This document shows positions 1 to 11,236 of a stretch of DNA of 64,000 nucleotides, piece after piece. The stretch is from NCBI GenBank assembly GCA_049315385.1, contig JBMOKG010000008.1, forward strand, positions 27,788 to 91,787. Reading direction: 5' to 3'. This stretch comes from Bacteroidales bacterium (lineage in GTDB: Bacteria > Bacteroidota > Bacteroidia > Bacteroidales > JACABE01). The notes under the pieces are model-generated. The model was not told where the DNA came from, made no database searches, and saw only the letters and a list, made by a program, of their open reading frames with translations. Made by a program: the position numbers and the translations under genes. Position 1 is the stretch's first letter. The number at the start of each line of letters is the position of its first letter.

Positions 1-17
1 GAAATCTCAGCTCCTAA

Positions 18-407
18 TTAAACTCTTCTTCTTTTAGGAGGTCTGCAACCATTGTGTGGTAAAGGTGTTGTGTCCTGAATTTCCATCACTTCAATACCTG
101 CTCCGTGTATAGTTCTGATAGCAGATTCTCTTCCTGCACCAGGTCCTTTAACGTAAGCTTTCACTTTACGTAATCCTAAGTCAAAAGCAACTTTAGAACA
201 ATCAGTTGCAGCCATTTGAGCTGCATAAGGAGTGTTCTTTTTTGAGCCTTTAAAACCCATTTTTCCGGCTGATGCCCAGGAAATTACCTGACCGGCATTA
301 TTTGTTAATGAAATAATGATGTTGTTAAAAGAAGCATTGATGAATGCTTTACCCAACGGTTCTACTTTTACAACTCTTTTTTTTGTAACTTTAGCAGTTT
401 TTGCCAT
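18..407 (-). CDS. rpsK: 30S ribosomal protein S11
   Basis: 129-aa ORF with the conserved S11 C-terminus ([13 protein letters not shown]). It follows rpsM as in the alpha operon. Confidence 0.98.
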   Translation of the reverse strand: MAKTAKVTKKRVVKVEPLGKAFINASFNNIIISLTNNAGQVISWASAGKMGFKGSKKNTPYAAQMAATDCSKVAFDLGLRKVKAYVKGPGAGRESAIRTIHGAGIEVMEIQDTTPLPHNGCRPPKRRRV

Positions 408-456
408 ATTTACTATTATTTAAACTTCTAAATTATTATTCAATAAAAACTAATTA

Positions 457-837
457 TTAACCTTTAGGTGCTTTTTTCTTGTTAGCAACAGTTTTCTTAC
501 GTCCTTTTCTGGTTCTGGCATTATTTTTAGTGCTCTGACCTCTTGAAGGTAATCCTAAACGATGTCTGATTCCTCTGTAGCACCCAATGTCCATAAGACG
601 TTTGATGTTCAGTTGTACTTCAGAGCGAAGCGAACCTTCTACTTTGAATGAATCATTGATGATGGTACGTATAGCATTTTGCTCATCATCATCCCAATCG
701 TTAACTTTTTTGTTAACATCGATACCTGCTTCTTTTAAAATTTTTTGAGCAGAGGCTCTTCCAATACCAAATACGTATGTTAAACCAATTTCTCCCCGTT
801 TATTTTTCGGTAAATCTATTCCTGCAATTCTTGCCAT
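457..837 (-). CDS. rpsM: 30S ribosomal protein S13
   Basis: N-terminus [10 protein letters not shown] and a basic C-terminal tail typical of S13. Lies between rpmJ and rpsK. Confidence 0.98.
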   Translation of the reverse strand: MARIAGIDLPKNKRGEIGLTYVFGIGRASAQKILKEAGIDVNKKVNDWDDDEQNAIRTIINDSFKVEGSLRSEVQLNIKRLMDIGCYRGIRHRLGLPSRGQSTKNNARTRKGRKKTVANKKKAPKG

Positions 838-872
838 AAAATGATTTGTATTTTACAGATTAATTATTTTGT

Positions 873-989
873 TTATCCTTGTCTTTGTTTGTACTTCGGA
901 TTCTTTTTATTGATAACATAAATTACTCCTTTTCTGCGAACGATTTTGCAGTCAGGAGTCCTTTTTTTAACAGATGTTCTAACTTTCAT
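873..989 (-). CDS. rpmJ: 50S ribosomal protein L36
   Basis: Not in the ORF track (38 aa). Hand translation of the minus strand gives [38 protein letters not shown] plus TAA. Canonical position between infA and rpsM. Confidence 0.93.
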   Translation of the reverse strand: MKVRTSVKKRTPDCKIVRRKGVIYVINKKNPKYKQRQG

Positions 990-1006
990 TGTTATTGATT
1001 TTATTA

Positions 1007-1225
1007 TTATTTATACCTGAATGTTATTCTTCCTTTTGATAAATCATAAGGTGACATCTCAAGTTGTACTTTATCACCTGGTAATATTTTGATATAATGC
1101 ATACGCATTTTACCGGAAATATGAGCTGTAATAACATGTCCATTTTCCAATTCAACGCGAAACATTGCATTTCCTAATGATTCGGTGACTGTCCCGTCTA
1201 GTTGAATTGATGTTTGTTTTGCCAT
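1007..1225 (-). CDS. infA: translation initiation factor IF-1
   Basis: 72-aa S1-like OB protein ([25 protein letters not shown]). Lies downstream of map. Confidence 0.97.
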   Translation of the reverse strand: MAKQTSIQLDGTVTESLGNAMFRVELENGHVITAHISGKMRMHYIKILPGDKVQLEMSPYDLSKGRITFRYK

Positions 1226-1236
1226 TTAGCTATTCT

Positions 1237-2019
1237 TTATTTATTTATCTTTAATAATGTATTTTCAATTTCTTCAAAACTTGATAAAATCTCAGCCTTC
1301 CCTTTTCTAACTACAACATTGTGTTCGTAATGTGCAGATGCTAAGCGATCTGATGTTCTTATAGTCCAACCATCGCGTTCTTGTATTACATTGCGAACCC
1401 CTAAATTTATCATAGGCTCTATCGCTATAACCAAACCAAGTTGTAATTTCATACCTGAACCTTGTTTACCATAATTTGGTATTTCTGGTTTTTCATGAAG
1501 TTTTCTTCCCAGTCCATGACCTACAAGATCTCTGACAACAGAATATCCTAAACTTTCAACATAAGATTGAATTTCATATCCTATATCACCTACCCTTTTC
1601 CCTTCTATAGCTGCATTTATACCTCTATAAAGTGATTCTTTTGTAGCTTCCATCAGTTTTAGCTTATCTTCACTTACATTTCCAACTGCAAATGTATAAG
1701 CTGAATCTCCATAAAAACCATTTTTCAAAGTACCACAATCTACTGAAACAATATCTCCATCTTCTAAGATTCGCTTTCCCGGTATTCCATGAACAACTTC
1801 ATCATTAACAGATATGCATAAAGTATGCTTAAAACCATTGTAACCTTTAAATCCAGGAACTGCACCATGGCTTCTGATAAATTCTTCGGCAATTGTGTCT
1901 AGAAACAAGGTTTGAACACCAGGTTTAATATGTTTAGCAACTTCTGCTAAGGTTTTCCCAACAAGTAAAGAACTTTCCCGTATTAATTCTATTTCTTCTT
2001 CTGTCTTATAAGATATCAT
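1237..2019 (-). CDS. map: type I methionine aminopeptidase
   Basis: 260 aa with metal-ligand context (DIVSVDCG, VGHGLG, IEPM). Lies between secY and infA as in Bacteroidota spc clusters. Confidence 0.95.
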   Translation of the reverse strand: MISYKTEEEIELIRESSLLVGKTLAEVAKHIKPGVQTLFLDTIAEEFIRSHGAVPGFKGYNGFKHTLCISVNDEVVHGIPGKRILEDGDIVSVDCGTLKNGFYGDSAYTFAVGNVSEDKLKLMEATKESLYRGINAAIEGKRVGDIGYEIQSYVESLGYSVVRDLVGHGLGRKLHEKPEIPNYGKQGSGMKLQLGLVIAIEPMINLGVRNVIQERDGWTIRTSDRLASAHYEHNVVVRKGKAEILSSFEEIENTLLKINK

Positions 2020-2039
2020 TCACTTAAATATATATAATA

Positions 2040-3401
2040 TTAAGCTGTCATGCCAGTTGAAGTTCTGCCTTTAATTCTGCCTGATTTAGTTAAACCATCA
2101 TAATGACGCATTAGTAAGTGGCTTTCAATTTGTTGTAATGTATCCAAAACAACACCAACCAAAATTAGTAAAGAAGTACCACCATAAAACTGTGCAAATT
2201 GAGAGTTAACTCCAAATAATCTAACAATAGCAGGCATAATAGCAACAAATGCTAAAAACATAGAACCTGGTAAAGTTATTTTTGACATTACGTCATCAAG
2301 AAATTCTGCTGTCTTTTTACCAGGTTTTATACCGGGAATAAATCCACCATTCTTTTTCATATCCTCAGCCATTTGGTTTGGATTAATAGTAACAGCAGTA
2401 TAGAAATAAGTAAATGCAATAATCATAACTGCAAATACGAAATTATACCAGAAACCATTAAAATCTGAAAAAATAGCAACGAATCCTGATAAAGATTCTG
2501 AAGCTGCAAATCCGGCTAATGTAATAGGAATAAACATAATTGCCTGAGCAAAAATAATAGGCATAACACCTGCAGCATTAACTTTTAATGGAATATATTG
2601 ACGAACACCTCCATATTGTTTATTACCAACTATTCTTTTAGCATATTGTACCGGTATTTTTCTAGTCCCTTGTACCAATAAAATACAAACTAAAATTACG
2701 AGCACTAATACTACCAATTCAACTAAGAAAATAACCAATCCACCACCTTGTTCTTCCATTCTTGAGATAAACTCACCGAATAAAGCAAAAGGTAATCTGG
2801 CAATAATACCAACCATGATAATCATTGAAATTCCATTTCCAATACCTTTATCAGTAATTTTCTCACCCATCCACATTACAAATAATGTACCTGCAATCAA
2901 AGTAACTACAGAAGCTACATAAAAAAACATTGTAGGAGGAGTACCATTAAAAGGATATATTGCAGTAGGCATATTTCCTAACTGATGTACAAGATTTGCA
3001 ATATAACCCGGCGCTTGAAAACCTGTTATTATAACAGTTAAATAACGTGTTAACTGATTAATTTTTTTCCTGCCACTTTCACCTTCTTTTTGCAATTTCT
3101 GAAAATAAGGTATAGCCATACCCAATAACTGAATTACAATAGAAGCAGATATATAGGGCATTATTCCAAGTGCAAAAACTGAAGCATTGGAAAAAGCACC
3201 TCCTGAAAACATATTCAGCAAGCCTAAGATTCCACCACTTGTTTGACTTTTTAGTGCACCTAACTGATTTGGATCAACACCCGGCAAAACTACATAAGAA
3301 CCGAAACGATAAATCAAAACAATACCAATAGTATATAGTATACGTTTGCGTAGCTCTTCAATTTTGTAGATATTCTTTATTGTCTGTATAAATCTTTTCA
3401 T
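2040..3401 (-). CDS. secY: preprotein translocase subunit SecY
   Basis: 453-aa polytopic membrane protein with SecY signatures (GIMPYISASIVIQLL, GGTSLLI). Lies after rplO. Confidence 0.97.
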   Translation of the reverse strand: MKRFIQTIKNIYKIEELRKRILYTIGIVLIYRFGSYVVLPGVDPNQLGALKSQTSGGILGLLNMFSGGAFSNASVFALGIMPYISASIVIQLLGMAIPYFQKLQKEGESGRKKINQLTRYLTVIITGFQAPGYIANLVHQLGNMPTAIYPFNGTPPTMFFYVASVVTLIAGTLFVMWMGEKITDKGIGNGISMIIMVGIIARLPFALFGEFISRMEEQGGGLVIFLVELVVLVLVILVCILLVQGTRKIPVQYAKRIVGNKQYGGVRQYIPLKVNAAGVMPIIFAQAIMFIPITLAGFAASESLSGFVAIFSDFNGFWYNFVFAVMIIAFTYFYTAVTINPNQMAEDMKKNGGFIPGIKPGKKTAEFLDDVMSKITLPGSMFLAFVAIMPAIVRLFGVNSQFAQFYGGTSLLILVGVVLDTLQQIESHLLMRHYDGLTKSGRIKGRTSTGMTA

Positions 3402-3411
3402 GTAATGTAAG

Positions 3412-3858
3412 TTATATAGTTGTTGCTACACCACCATTTGCTTCGATAGCTTTTATTGCAGTTGCTGTAAAAGCGTGAGCTGTTACCTGTAATTTAGCTT
3501 TTAATTCTCCTCTGCCTAAAATTTTCACTAAGTCATTTTTAGAAATCAGACCATTTTCTTTTAAAATGTCTAAATCTATAACTTGTAAATTTTTAGTTTC
3601 AGCTAATCTTTGTAAAGTATCAATGTTAATACCATTGTATTCTTTACGATTAATATTTTTGAAACCAAATTTTGGTACTCTTCTGTAAATAGGCATTTGA
3701 CCACCTTCAAAACCAATTTTTCTAGAATAACCAGATCTTGATTGAGCACCTTTGTTACCTCTTGTAGAAGTACCACCTTTACCTGATCCTTGACCTCTTC
3801 CTATTCTTTTGCATGATTTTACTGAACCTCTTGCCGGTTTAAGATTACTTAAATCCAT
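3412..3858 (-). CDS. rplO: 50S ribosomal protein L15
   Basis: 148 aa with a Gly/Arg-rich N-terminus (RIGRGQGSGKGGTSTRG) typical of L15. Confidence 0.97.
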   Translation of the reverse strand: MDLSNLKPARGSVKSCKRIGRGQGSGKGGTSTRGNKGAQSRSGYSRKIGFEGGQMPIYRRVPKFGFKNINRKEYNGINIDTLQRLAETKNLQVIDLDILKENGLISKNDLVKILGRGELKAKLQVTAHAFTATAIKAIEANGGVATTI

Positions 3859-3885
3859 AATATCTTAATAGTTAATCGTTTATTA

Positions 3886-4065
3886 CTAAATTTCTTCTAC
3901 GCTCAATAAATGTTTAACTTTATTGATCATTCCTTCAACTTGCGGGGTCAATTCTTTCTCAACAACACGGTGCATTTTTTTTATTCCTAATGCAACTAAA
4001 GTGCGTTTTTGACGAGCAGGTTTATCAATACCGCTTTTTATCTGTTTTATTTTAACTTTTTTCAT
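3886..4065 (-). CDS. rpmD: 50S ribosomal protein L30
   Basis: Not in the ORF track (59 aa). Hand translation gives MKKVKIKQIKSGIDKPARQKRTLVALGIKKMHRVVEKELTPQVEGMINKVKHLLSVEEI plus TAG. Lies between rpsE and rplO. Confidence 0.92.
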   Translation of the reverse strand: MKKVKIKQIKSGIDKPARQKRTLVALGIKKMHRVVEKELTPQVEGMINKVKHLLSVEEI

Positions 4066-4088
4066 TGCTTCCCTTTTTATGGTATTCG

Positions 4089-4607
4089 TTAACCGTTAAA
4101 AACTTTATCTAAATCAATACCTCTCATTTTTGCTACCATATAAGGATCTTTAAGCTGAACCAGGGCATCGATAGTTGCTTTAACAACACTATGAGGGTTA
4201 GATGAACCTTTAGATTTTGCGAGTACGTCCTTAACTCCAACACTTTCTAAAACAGCACGCATAGCACCACCTGCAATAACACCGGTTCCAGGTGCAGCTG
4301 GTTTAAGAAAAACTTTTGCACCGCTATATTTACCTAGTTGTTCATGAGGTAAAGTTCCTTTAAGGATAGCTACCTTAACAAGATTTTTCTTAGCATCATC
4401 TACTCCTTTTGCAATAGCAGCTGTTACTTCTTTGGCTTTACCCAAACCATAACCTACTACTCCGTTTTCATTTCCAACTACAACAATTGCTGAAAAGCTG
4501 AAGGTTCTACCACCTTTTGTAACTTTGGTTACTCTATTTATACTAACTAATCTATCTTTAAATTCGACTTCGCTAGATTTTACTCTTTTTACGTTTATGT
4601 CTGCCAT
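4089..4607 (-). CDS. rpsE: 30S ribosomal protein S5
   Basis: 172 aa with the S5 motif [18 protein letters not shown] and conserved order. Confidence 0.98.
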   Translation of the reverse strand: MADINVKRVKSSEVEFKDRLVSINRVTKVTKGGRTFSFSAIVVVGNENGVVGYGLGKAKEVTAAIAKGVDDAKKNLVKVAILKGTLPHEQLGKYSGAKVFLKPAAPGTGVIAGGAMRAVLESVGVKDVLAKSKGSSNPHSVVKATIDALVQLKDPYMVAKMRGIDLDKVFNG

Positions 4608-4614
4608 AATTATA

Positions 4615-4977
4615 TTAGAATTTTAAACCGCCTTCTCTAGCTGCCTCAGCCAAAGTTTTAACTCTTCCGTGATACAAATAACCATTTCTATCGAAAACAA
4701 CAGTACTGATACCTGCTTCTAATGCTCTTTGTGCTATTGTTTGCCCAATTAATTTAGATTTCTCAATCTTTGGAACTTTTGTGTCAGCAAAAGATTTTTC
4801 CATTGTTGATGCAGTGGTAATTGTTGTACCATTTGAATCATCAATAATTTGAGCATAGATCTCTTTATTACTTCTAAAAACAGACAATCTTGGTCTTTCT
4901 GAAGTGCCCAGAATCACTTTTCTGATTCTTTTTTTGATACGAAATCTTCTGAATTCTTTTCTATTCTTTAGTGCCAT
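4615..4977 (-). CDS. rplR: 50S ribosomal protein L18
   Basis: 120 aa with [19 protein letters not shown] and a [23 protein letters not shown]-terminus. Confidence 0.98.
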   Translation of the reverse strand: MALKNRKEFRRFRIKKRIRKVILGTSERPRLSVFRSNKEIYAQIIDDSNGTTITTASTMEKSFADTKVPKIEKSKLIGQTIAQRALEAGISTVVFDRNGYLYHGRVKTLAEAAREGGLKF

Positions 4978-5005
4978 CCTTTTAGGATTTTATTTTTGTT
5001 AATTT

Positions 5006-5569
5006 TTATTTACTTGATGCTGCTTTACCGGCTTTCTTTCTAACAACTTCACCCATAAATCTGATACCTTTTCCTTTATATGGTTCTGGTTTTCTCAAAG
5101 AACGGATCTTAGTAGAAACCTGGCCTAATAATTGTTTATCATGTGATTTTAGAATAATTGTAGGATTTTTTCCTCTTTCTGCAGTGGTTTCAACTTTTAC
5201 TTCTACTGGAAGTTCCATAAATATATTATGTGAATATCCTAAAGCAAGTTCTAGAACTCTACCATCTGCTGTAGCTTTATAACCAACTCCGATAATTTCC
5301 TGTACAGAAGAAAATCCTTCAGAAACACCTTTAACCATATTGTTAATAAGAGATCTGTATAATCCGTGTAAAGCTCTGTGTCTGTTTTGATCAGTAGGTC
5401 TTTCGACTGTTATTTTTGCTTCTTCAACATTTACATTTACTGTAATTGCTGGGTCAACGCTTTGTTCGAGTGTACCTAAAGGACCTTTAACAGTTACAAG
5501 ATTTTTATCTGAAACAGTTATAGTAACTCCTTTTGGCAATTGAATTGGTAATTTCCCTATTCTTGACAT
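5006..5569 (-). CDS. rplF: 50S ribosomal protein L6
   Basis: 187 aa starting MSRIGKLPI, with the EPYKGKGIR motif near the C-terminus. Confidence 0.98.
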   Translation of the reverse strand: MSRIGKLPIQLPKGVTITVSDKNLVTVKGPLGTLEQSVDPAITVNVNVEEAKITVERPTDQNRHRALHGLYRSLINNMVKGVSEGFSSVQEIIGVGYKATADGRVLELALGYSHNIFMELPVEVKVETTAERGKNPTIILKSHDKQLLGQVSTKIRSLRKPEPYKGKGIRFMGEVVRKKAGKAASSK

Positions 5570-5585
5570 TTTTATTTCTCCTCTA

Positions 5586-5984
5586 TTAGCTTATGTAACA
5601 TAAAACTTCACCACCAATATGTTTGGTTTTGGCTTCTTTATCTGTCATCACTCCATGTGATGTTGAAAGTACTGCTATACCTAAACCATTCATTACTCTA
5701 GGTAATTCTTCAGCACCAACATATTTTCTTAAACCGGGACTACTAACTCTTTGAAGGTTGTTAATCGCTGATACCTTAGTTACAGGATGAAATTTTAAAG
5801 CGATTTTTATAATTTGTGGTAAAGTTTCTTCCTCAAATTTGTAGTTTAAGATATAACCTTTATCAAATAAAATTTTGGTTATTTCTTTTTTTAATTTTGA
5901 CGAAGGAATCTCAACAACCCTGTGTTTTGCCATCACGGCATTTCTGATTCTTGTTAAGTAATCTGCTATAGGATCAGTGACCAT
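5586..5984 (-). CDS. rpsH: 30S ribosomal protein S8
   Basis: 132 aa with the DPIADYLTRIRNA N-terminus and a GGEVLCYI C-terminus. Confidence 0.98.
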   Translation of the reverse strand: MVTDPIADYLTRIRNAVMAKHRVVEIPSSKLKKEITKILFDKGYILNYKFEEETLPQIIKIALKFHPVTKVSAINNLQRVSSPGLRKYVGAEELPRVMNGLGIAVLSTSHGVMTDKEAKTKHIGGEVLCYIS

Positions 5985-6020
5985 TTTATAATGTATTTAA
6001 TTATTATTTTATAAATTAAT

Positions 6021-6290
6021 TTACCAACTTGCTTTTGTAATTCCTGGTATTAAACCTGCTAAAGCCATTTCTCTGAAATTAATACGAGAAATTCCAAATT
6101 GACGCATGTAGCCTTTTGGTCTGCCAGTTAATTTACATCTGTTATGTAAACGAACCGGTGAAGCGTTTTTAGGCAATTTTTGTAAACCGATATAATCTCC
6201 GGCTTCTTTTAAAGCAGCTCTTTTAGTAGCATATTTGGCAACTAATTTCTGTCTTTTTACTTCTCTTGCTTTGACTGACTCTTTTGCCAT
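6021..6290 (-). CDS. rpsN: 30S ribosomal protein S14 (long, non-zinc form)
   Basis: The track ORF extends to 6329. The conserved S14 N-terminus [16 protein letters not shown] starts at 6290, 1 nt after the rplE stop. Confidence 0.93.
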   Translation of the reverse strand: MAKESVKAREVKRQKLVAKYATKRAALKEAGDYIGLQKLPKNASPVRLHNRCKLTGRPKGYMRQFGISRINFREMALAGLIPGITKASW

Positions 6291-6291
6291 C

Positions 6292-6855
6292 TTATTGTTG
6301 TTTATTTTGGTTTTTAAATGGTAATCCAAATTGTTTCAATAAAGCTAAAGCTTCTTTATCATTAGTAGCTGTGGTTACAAAAGTTATATCCATTCCACTA
6401 ATTTTACTTAGTTTTTCAATATTGATTTCAGGGAAAATAATTTGTTCGGTGATTCCAAAAGTGTAATTACCTTTACCATCAAATCCTTTATCGTTAATCC
6501 CTCTAAAGTCTCTTACACGTGGTATTGAAACAGATACTAATCTGTCTAAAAATTCATACATTCTTTCGCCTCTTAAAGTAACTCTCACACCAACCGGCAT
6601 TCCTTTACGTAATTTAAAATTTGAAATATCTTTACGTGATTTTGTTGGAACAGCTTTTTGACCAGCTATCATTGACATTTCGTCAATACCGTTATCAATC
6701 TGTTTTTTATCAGCAATTGCAGAACCTATTCCCTGATTCAGAGCAATTTTAACAAGTCGTGGAACCTGCATCGAAGATTTGTACTCAAATTCTTTAATAA
6801 GAGCAGGTACGATTTCTTCGCTATATTTTGTTTTTAATCTTGGTATATAACTCAT
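6292..6855 (-). CDS. rplE: 50S ribosomal protein L5
   Basis: 187 aa with motifs [13 protein letters not shown] and [11 protein letters not shown]. Confidence 0.98.
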   Translation of the reverse strand: MSYIPRLKTKYSEEIVPALIKEFEYKSSMQVPRLVKIALNQGIGSAIADKKQIDNGIDEMSMIAGQKAVPTKSRKDISNFKLRKGMPVGVRVTLRGERMYEFLDRLVSVSIPRVRDFRGINDKGFDGKGNYTFGITEQIIFPEINIEKLSKISGMDITFVTTATNDKEALALLKQFGLPFKNQNKQQ

Positions 6856-7178
6856 TACTTGATTACCTCCCCTGACTTTATAGAATAACGAACTAATTTT
6901 TCTGATTTACTGTCCAGTTTTCTTCCAACTCTAGTTGCATTGCCTTTGCCATCAACTACCATTAGATTTGAAATATGAACAGGAGCTTCTTGTTTAATTA
7001 TACCACCTTGAGTGTTTTTAGCATTTGGTTTGGTATGTTTTGTAACTAAGCTGATTCCTTCAACAATAGCAGTGCTGTCTTTTGCATTTACAATAAGAAC
7101 TTTGCCCTGCATTCCTCTGGAATTACCTGCTAGTACCTTTACGGTATCACCCTTTTTTATATGTAATTTAGCGTTCAT
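6855..7178 (-). CDS. rplX: 50S ribosomal protein L24
   Basis: 107 aa with a KOW motif ([16 protein letters not shown]) and a 1-nt overlap with rplE. Confidence 0.97.
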   Translation of the reverse strand: MNAKLHIKKGDTVKVLAGNSRGMQGKVLIVNAKDSTAIVEGISLVTKHTKPNAKNTQGGIIKQEAPVHISNLMVVDGKGNATRVGRKLDSKSEKLVRYSIKSGEVIK

Positions 7179-7195
7179 ATACTTTTTTTTTAACG

Positions 7196-7564
7196 TTAAA
7201 GCACTTCAGGTGCTAATGAAACGATTTTCATAAACTGTTTTTCTCTTAACTCTCTGGCAACAGGTCCGAATATACGGGTTCCTCTTAATTCCTCAGTTGC
7301 AGTAAGAAGCACTATAGCATTATCGTCAAATCTGATGTATGAACCATCACTTCTTCTAATTTCTTTTTTTGTTCTTACTACTACAGCTTTTGAAACTGTT
7401 CCTTTTTTAACGTTGCCTGAAGGTAAAGCATCTTTAATAGTAACAATAATTTTGTCACCAATTGATGCATATCTTTTCCTAGTACCTCCCAGTACCCTGA
7501 TACATAAGGCGCTCTTAGCCCCACTGTTATCAGCAACAATCACTCTAGATTCTTGTTGTATCAT
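7196..7564 (-). CDS. rplN: 50S ribosomal protein L14
   Basis: 122 aa: [17 protein letters not shown] ... [11 protein letters not shown]. Confidence 0.98.
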   Translation of the reverse strand: MIQQESRVIVADNSGAKSALCIRVLGGTRKRYASIGDKIIVTIKDALPSGNVKKGTVSKAVVVRTKKEIRRSDGSYIRFDDNAIVLLTATEELRGTRIFGPVARELREKQFMKIVSLAPEVL

Positions 7565-7566
7565 AA

Positions 7567-7824
7567 CTATTTTGCTCTTTCAATAATTTCAACTAATCTC
7601 CAACATTTACTTTTGCTCATTGGTCTTGTTTCCATGATTTTAACGGTATCACCTTCGTTACATTCGTTTTTTTCATCATGAGCCATAAATTTGGAAGATT
7701 TCTTAATAAACTTCCCATATTTTGGATGTTTTACTTTTCTTTCGATAACAACTGAAATAGATTTGTCCATTTTATTGCTAACTACAAGACCTGTTTTTTC
7801 TTTTCTTAATGATCTGATTTCCAT
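7567..7824 (-). CDS. rpsQ: 30S ribosomal protein S17
   Basis: 85 aa with [21 protein letters not shown] and conserved position. Confidence 0.97.
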   Translation of the reverse strand: MEIRSLRKEKTGLVVSNKMDKSISVVIERKVKHPKYGKFIKKSSKFMAHDEKNECNEGDTVKIMETRPMSKSKCWRLVEIIERAK

Positions 7825-7850
7825 CTTTTTAAGATTTCTATTTTTAATTA

Positions 7851-8060
7851 TTACGCTTTGGTAATTATTTCGTCCAATTCTCTTTTTCTGAGTTCTGTTA
7901 AAATCCTTGATATAGTTTTGCGATATTGAGCTATAACATTTGGATTTTCCAAAGGAGAAACAGCGTGATTCATTTTTAATTTAGAAAGTTGAGTTCTTTC
8001 TTCGTCTAATCTTTCTTTCAATTCCTGAGTAGAAAGTTCTGTAATTACTTCTTGTTTCAT
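7851..8060 (-). CDS. rpmC: 50S ribosomal protein L29
   Basis: 69-aa helical protein ([21 protein letters not shown]) between rplP and rpsQ. Confidence 0.95.
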   Translation of the reverse strand: MKQEVITELSTQELKERLDEERTQLSKLKMNHAVSPLENPNVIAQYRKTISRILTELRKRELDEIITKA

Positions 8061-8068
8061 TTCTTTGT

Positions 8069-8497
8069 TTATATTGATTCTTCAACAAAATCTCTTCTTA
8101 CCATTAATTTCGTAGCTATTGGCAGCTTTTGAGCAGCAAGTCTTAATGCTTCTTTTGCAACTTCAAACGGTACACCATCAGCTTCAAAAAGTATGCGACC
8201 AGGTGTAACTCTTGCAACAAAATATTCAGGAGAACCTTTACCTTTACCCATACGTACTTCGGCTGGCTTTTTAGTAATCGGTTTATCAGGGAAAATTCTG
8301 ATCCAAATTTGACCTTCACGTTTCATAAAACGCGTTACCGCTTGACGTGCTGCTTCTATTTGTCTTCCTGTAATCCAAGTTTCTTCCAATGCCTTAATAC
8401 CGAATGATCCGAAAGCAAGTTGGCTACCACGTTTGGTATTGCCTTTCATCTTGCCTTTCTGCATTTTCCTGTATTTGGTCTTTTTTGGCTGTAACAT
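8069..8497 (-). CDS. rplP: 50S ribosomal protein L16
   Basis: 142 aa: [11 protein letters not shown] ... [10 protein letters not shown]. Confidence 0.98.
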   Translation of the reverse strand: MLQPKKTKYRKMQKGKMKGNTKRGSQLAFGSFGIKALEETWITGRQIEAARQAVTRFMKREGQIWIRIFPDKPITKKPAEVRMGKGKGSPEYFVARVTPGRILFEADGVPFEVAKEALRLAAQKLPIATKLMVRRDFVEESI

Positions 8498-8549
8498 TGC
8501 TATTAAATATTATAATGTTTTAAATTCTTTTAATTCTAAGATAATAATA

Positions 8550-9293
8550 CTATCTTCTTTGTCTGTTTTTATTATTATTGTTATTTGGTCTTTGTCTTGA
8601 ACCACCTCCACCTTGAGCAAACTGTTTTTCAGTATTCACATTTGGTGTTGTTGGTACAAGTTCTCTTTTACCATAAACCAAACCTTTACAAATCCAGACT
8701 TTTATTCCGATTCTTCCGTAAGTAGTATGAGCTTCTGCTAATGCATAATCAATATCTGCTCTTAGTGTATGAAGTGGAGTTCTTCCTTCTTTGTACTGTT
8801 CACGTCTTGCCATTTCAGCACCACCAATTCTACCGGAAGCCAACACTTTAATTCCTTCAGCTCCTGCTCTCATACTTGATGCAATAGATGTTTTAATTGC
8901 TTTTCTGTATGAAACTCTACCTTCTATTTGTCTTGCAACAGTATTTGCAACAAGAATAGCATCTAATTCAGGGCGTTTGATTTCAGAAATATTAATCTGT
9001 ACTTCTTTATTGGTTACTTTTTTTAATTCTTCCTTCAGCTTATCAACTTCTTGACCACCTTTTCCAATAATAAGACCCGGACGTGCTGTATTTATTGTAA
9101 CTGTTACCAGTTTTAAAGTACGTTCAATATTAATTCTTGAAATACCGGCTTTTGATAAACGAGCGTTCAAATATTGTCTGATCTTAAAATCTTCAATAAG
9201 CTTTGGTTCAAAATTTTTTCCACCATACCAATTAGAATCCCAGCCTCTGATGATGCCTAATCTGCTACCTATTGGATTGACTTTTTGTCCCAT
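8550..9293 (-). CDS. rpsC: 30S ribosomal protein S3
   Basis: 247 aa starting MGQKVNPIG, with a KH domain and a Gly/Asn/Arg-rich C-terminal tail. Confidence 0.98.
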   Translation of the reverse strand: MGQKVNPIGSRLGIIRGWDSNWYGGKNFEPKLIEDFKIRQYLNARLSKAGISRINIERTLKLVTVTINTARPGLIIGKGGQEVDKLKEELKKVTNKEVQINISEIKRPELDAILVANTVARQIEGRVSYRKAIKTSIASSMRAGAEGIKVLASGRIGGAEMARREQYKEGRTPLHTLRADIDYALAEAHTTYGRIGIKVWICKGLVYGKRELVPTTPNVNTEKQFAQGGGGSRQRPNNNNNKNRQRR

Positions 9294-9324
9294 TTATAAT
9301 TTTTTAAAGTGTTTTTACTATTTA

Positions 9325-9756
9325 TTAATTATTATCCGTTGTTTCTGCTACTGGAGCAATATTTTTTCTGCTGTCAATGATTAAAGTAATATGACTTGAG
9401 CGTTTTCTGATGCGATGAGCCCTGCCTTGAGGAGCAGTTCTGATTCTTTTCATTTGTCTTCCTCCGTCAACAAAAACCTCTTTTACATATAAATTACTTT
9501 CTTCAATTCTTACGCCTTCGTTTTTGCTTTGCCAGTTAGCAATAGCTGATAACAATAATTTACGTAATTTAATTGCAGATTCCTTTGCACTAAATTGCAA
9601 GATATGTATTGCTTTTTCAACATTTACACCACGGATTAAATCAGCCATTAATCTTGTTTTCCTAGGAGAAGATGGATTATTGGTTAATTTAGCAAAATAT
9701 AAAGATTTTTTTGCTTCTTTTTCCTGTTCTGCTCTGTTATGTTTCCTTGATCCCAT
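9325..9756 (-). CDS. rplV: 50S ribosomal protein L22
   Basis: 143 aa with PRKTRLMADLIRG and GRAHRIRKRSSHITL. Confidence 0.97.
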   Translation of the reverse strand: MGSRKHNRAEQEKEAKKSLYFAKLTNNPSSPRKTRLMADLIRGVNVEKAIHILQFSAKESAIKLRKLLLSAIANWQSKNEGVRIEESNLYVKEVFVDGGRQMKRIRTAPQGRAHRIRKRSSHITLIIDSRKNIAPVAETTDNN

Positions 9757-9769
9757 TTCTGTAAATTAT

Positions 9770-10048
9770 TTATTTTTTCCCTTTGTCTTTATTACCTGCG
9801 TGACCTCTGAAAGTTCTGGTAGGGGCAAATTCTCCTAATTTGTGACCAACCATGTTTTCGGTAACATACACTGGAATAAATTTATTTCCGTTATGAACTG
9901 CGATTGTTTGTCCTACAAAGTCAGGTGAAATCATTGAAGCTCTCGACCATGTTTTGATAGCTACTTTTTTGTTCTTCTCAATAGCATCTAAAACTTTCTT
10001 TTCTAGTTTGTACTCTATATAAGGACCTTTTTTTAATGAACGACTCAT
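9770..10048 (-). CDS. rpsS: 30S ribosomal protein S19
   Basis: 92 aa: [10 protein letters not shown] ... [16 protein letters not shown]. Confidence 0.98.
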   Translation of the reverse strand: MSRSLKKGPYIEYKLEKKVLDAIEKNKKVAIKTWSRASMISPDFVGQTIAVHNGNKFIPVYVTENMVGHKLGEFAPTRTFRGHAGNKDKGKK

Positions 10049-10073
10049 ACTTAAGTGTTTTTATAAATCTTAA

Positions 10074-10898
10074 TTATTTCTTCCTTGAAACGATGATATA
10101 TTTGTTTGAATCTTTTTTCTTAGATCTTGTTTTGTATCCTTTTGATGGAATACCTTTTCTTGATCTTGGGTGACCGCCTGATGAACGACCTTCACCTCCA
10201 CCCATAGGATGGTCAACCGGATTCATAACTACACCTCTGACGCGTGGTCTGCGACCTTGCCAGCGTGCTCTACCTGCTTTACCTGACACTTCAAGGCTAT
10301 GATCGATATTTGATACCATACCAATAGTTGCTTTACAACTTTGTAATATCATTCGGGTTTCACCTGAAGGCATTTTTATAATTGCATATTTATCATCTCT
10401 TGACATTAACTGTGCATAAGTACCGGCACTGCGGCTTAATTTTGCACCTTGTCCCGGACGAAGTTCCATATTATGAATAATAGTACCAAAAGGAATTTCA
10501 CTTAAGAATAGGCAATTTCCAATTTCTGGTGCTGCACCTTTTCCTGAAACTAAAGTTTGTCCAACTTTTAATCCATGAGGAGCAATAATATATCTTTTTT
10601 CTCCATCTGCATAAAATAATAATGCTATACGTGCAGTTCTGTTTGGATCATACTCAATTGAATGAACCGTTGCAGGAATATTATCTTTATCGCGTTTAAA
10701 GTCAATAATTCTGTAGGATTGCTTGTGTCCGCCACCTAAATAACGCATTGTCATTCTTCCGGTATTATTACGTCCACCGCTTCTTTTCTTAGGAGCTAAC
10801 AAACTTTTTTCAGGTACATCTGTAGTAATTTCTTCAAATGTGCTGATTATTTTGAAACGTTGTCCTGGTGTTGTGGGTTTAAATTTTTTAAGAGCCAT
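10074..10898 (-). CDS. rplB: 50S ribosomal protein L2
   Basis: 274 aa with [19 protein letters not shown] and [18 protein letters not shown]. Confidence 0.98.
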   Translation of the reverse strand: MALKKFKPTTPGQRFKIISTFEEITTDVPEKSLLAPKKRSGGRNNTGRMTMRYLGGGHKQSYRIIDFKRDKDNIPATVHSIEYDPNRTARIALLFYADGEKRYIIAPHGLKVGQTLVSGKGAAPEIGNCLFLSEIPFGTIIHNMELRPGQGAKLSRSAGTYAQLMSRDDKYAIIKMPSGETRMILQSCKATIGMVSNIDHSLEVSGKAGRARWQGRRPRVRGVVMNPVDHPMGGGEGRSSGGHPRSRKGIPSKGYKTRSKKKDSNKYIIVSRKK

Positions 10899-10907
10899 TT
10901 CTTTCCT

Positions 10908-11201
10908 TTATATATTGCTATAAAAATCAATTGTTTCTCCTGCAGCTAATGTAATAATAGCTTTTTTAAAGGCGCTGGTTTTACCGCTGATAAGTCCCGC
11001 TTTAGTATTTCTTGATTTTGCTTTACCAGGATATACCATTGTATTGACTAATTCAACTTTTACGCCGTACAAGCTTTCAACTGCTTTTTTTATTTCTATT
11101 TTATTTGCCGTCCTGTTAACTATAAATCCAAAGCGATTAGTTTTCTTTTCGCTGATGGCTGTCATTTTCTCAGTTATTATTGGCTTTACTATTATGCTCA
11201 T
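10908..11201 (-). CDS. rplW: 50S ribosomal protein L23
   Basis: 97 aa between rplD and rplB, with an L23-like core (IKKAVESLYGVKV). Confidence 0.96.
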   Translation of the reverse strand: MSIIVKPIITEKMTAISEKKTNRFGFIVNRTANKIEIKKAVESLYGVKVELVNTMVYPGKAKSRNTKAGLISGKTSAFKKAIITLAAGETIDFYSNI

Positions 11202-11236
11202 TTCGTATTAGCTGTTTTGATTTTTGAAAATAAATA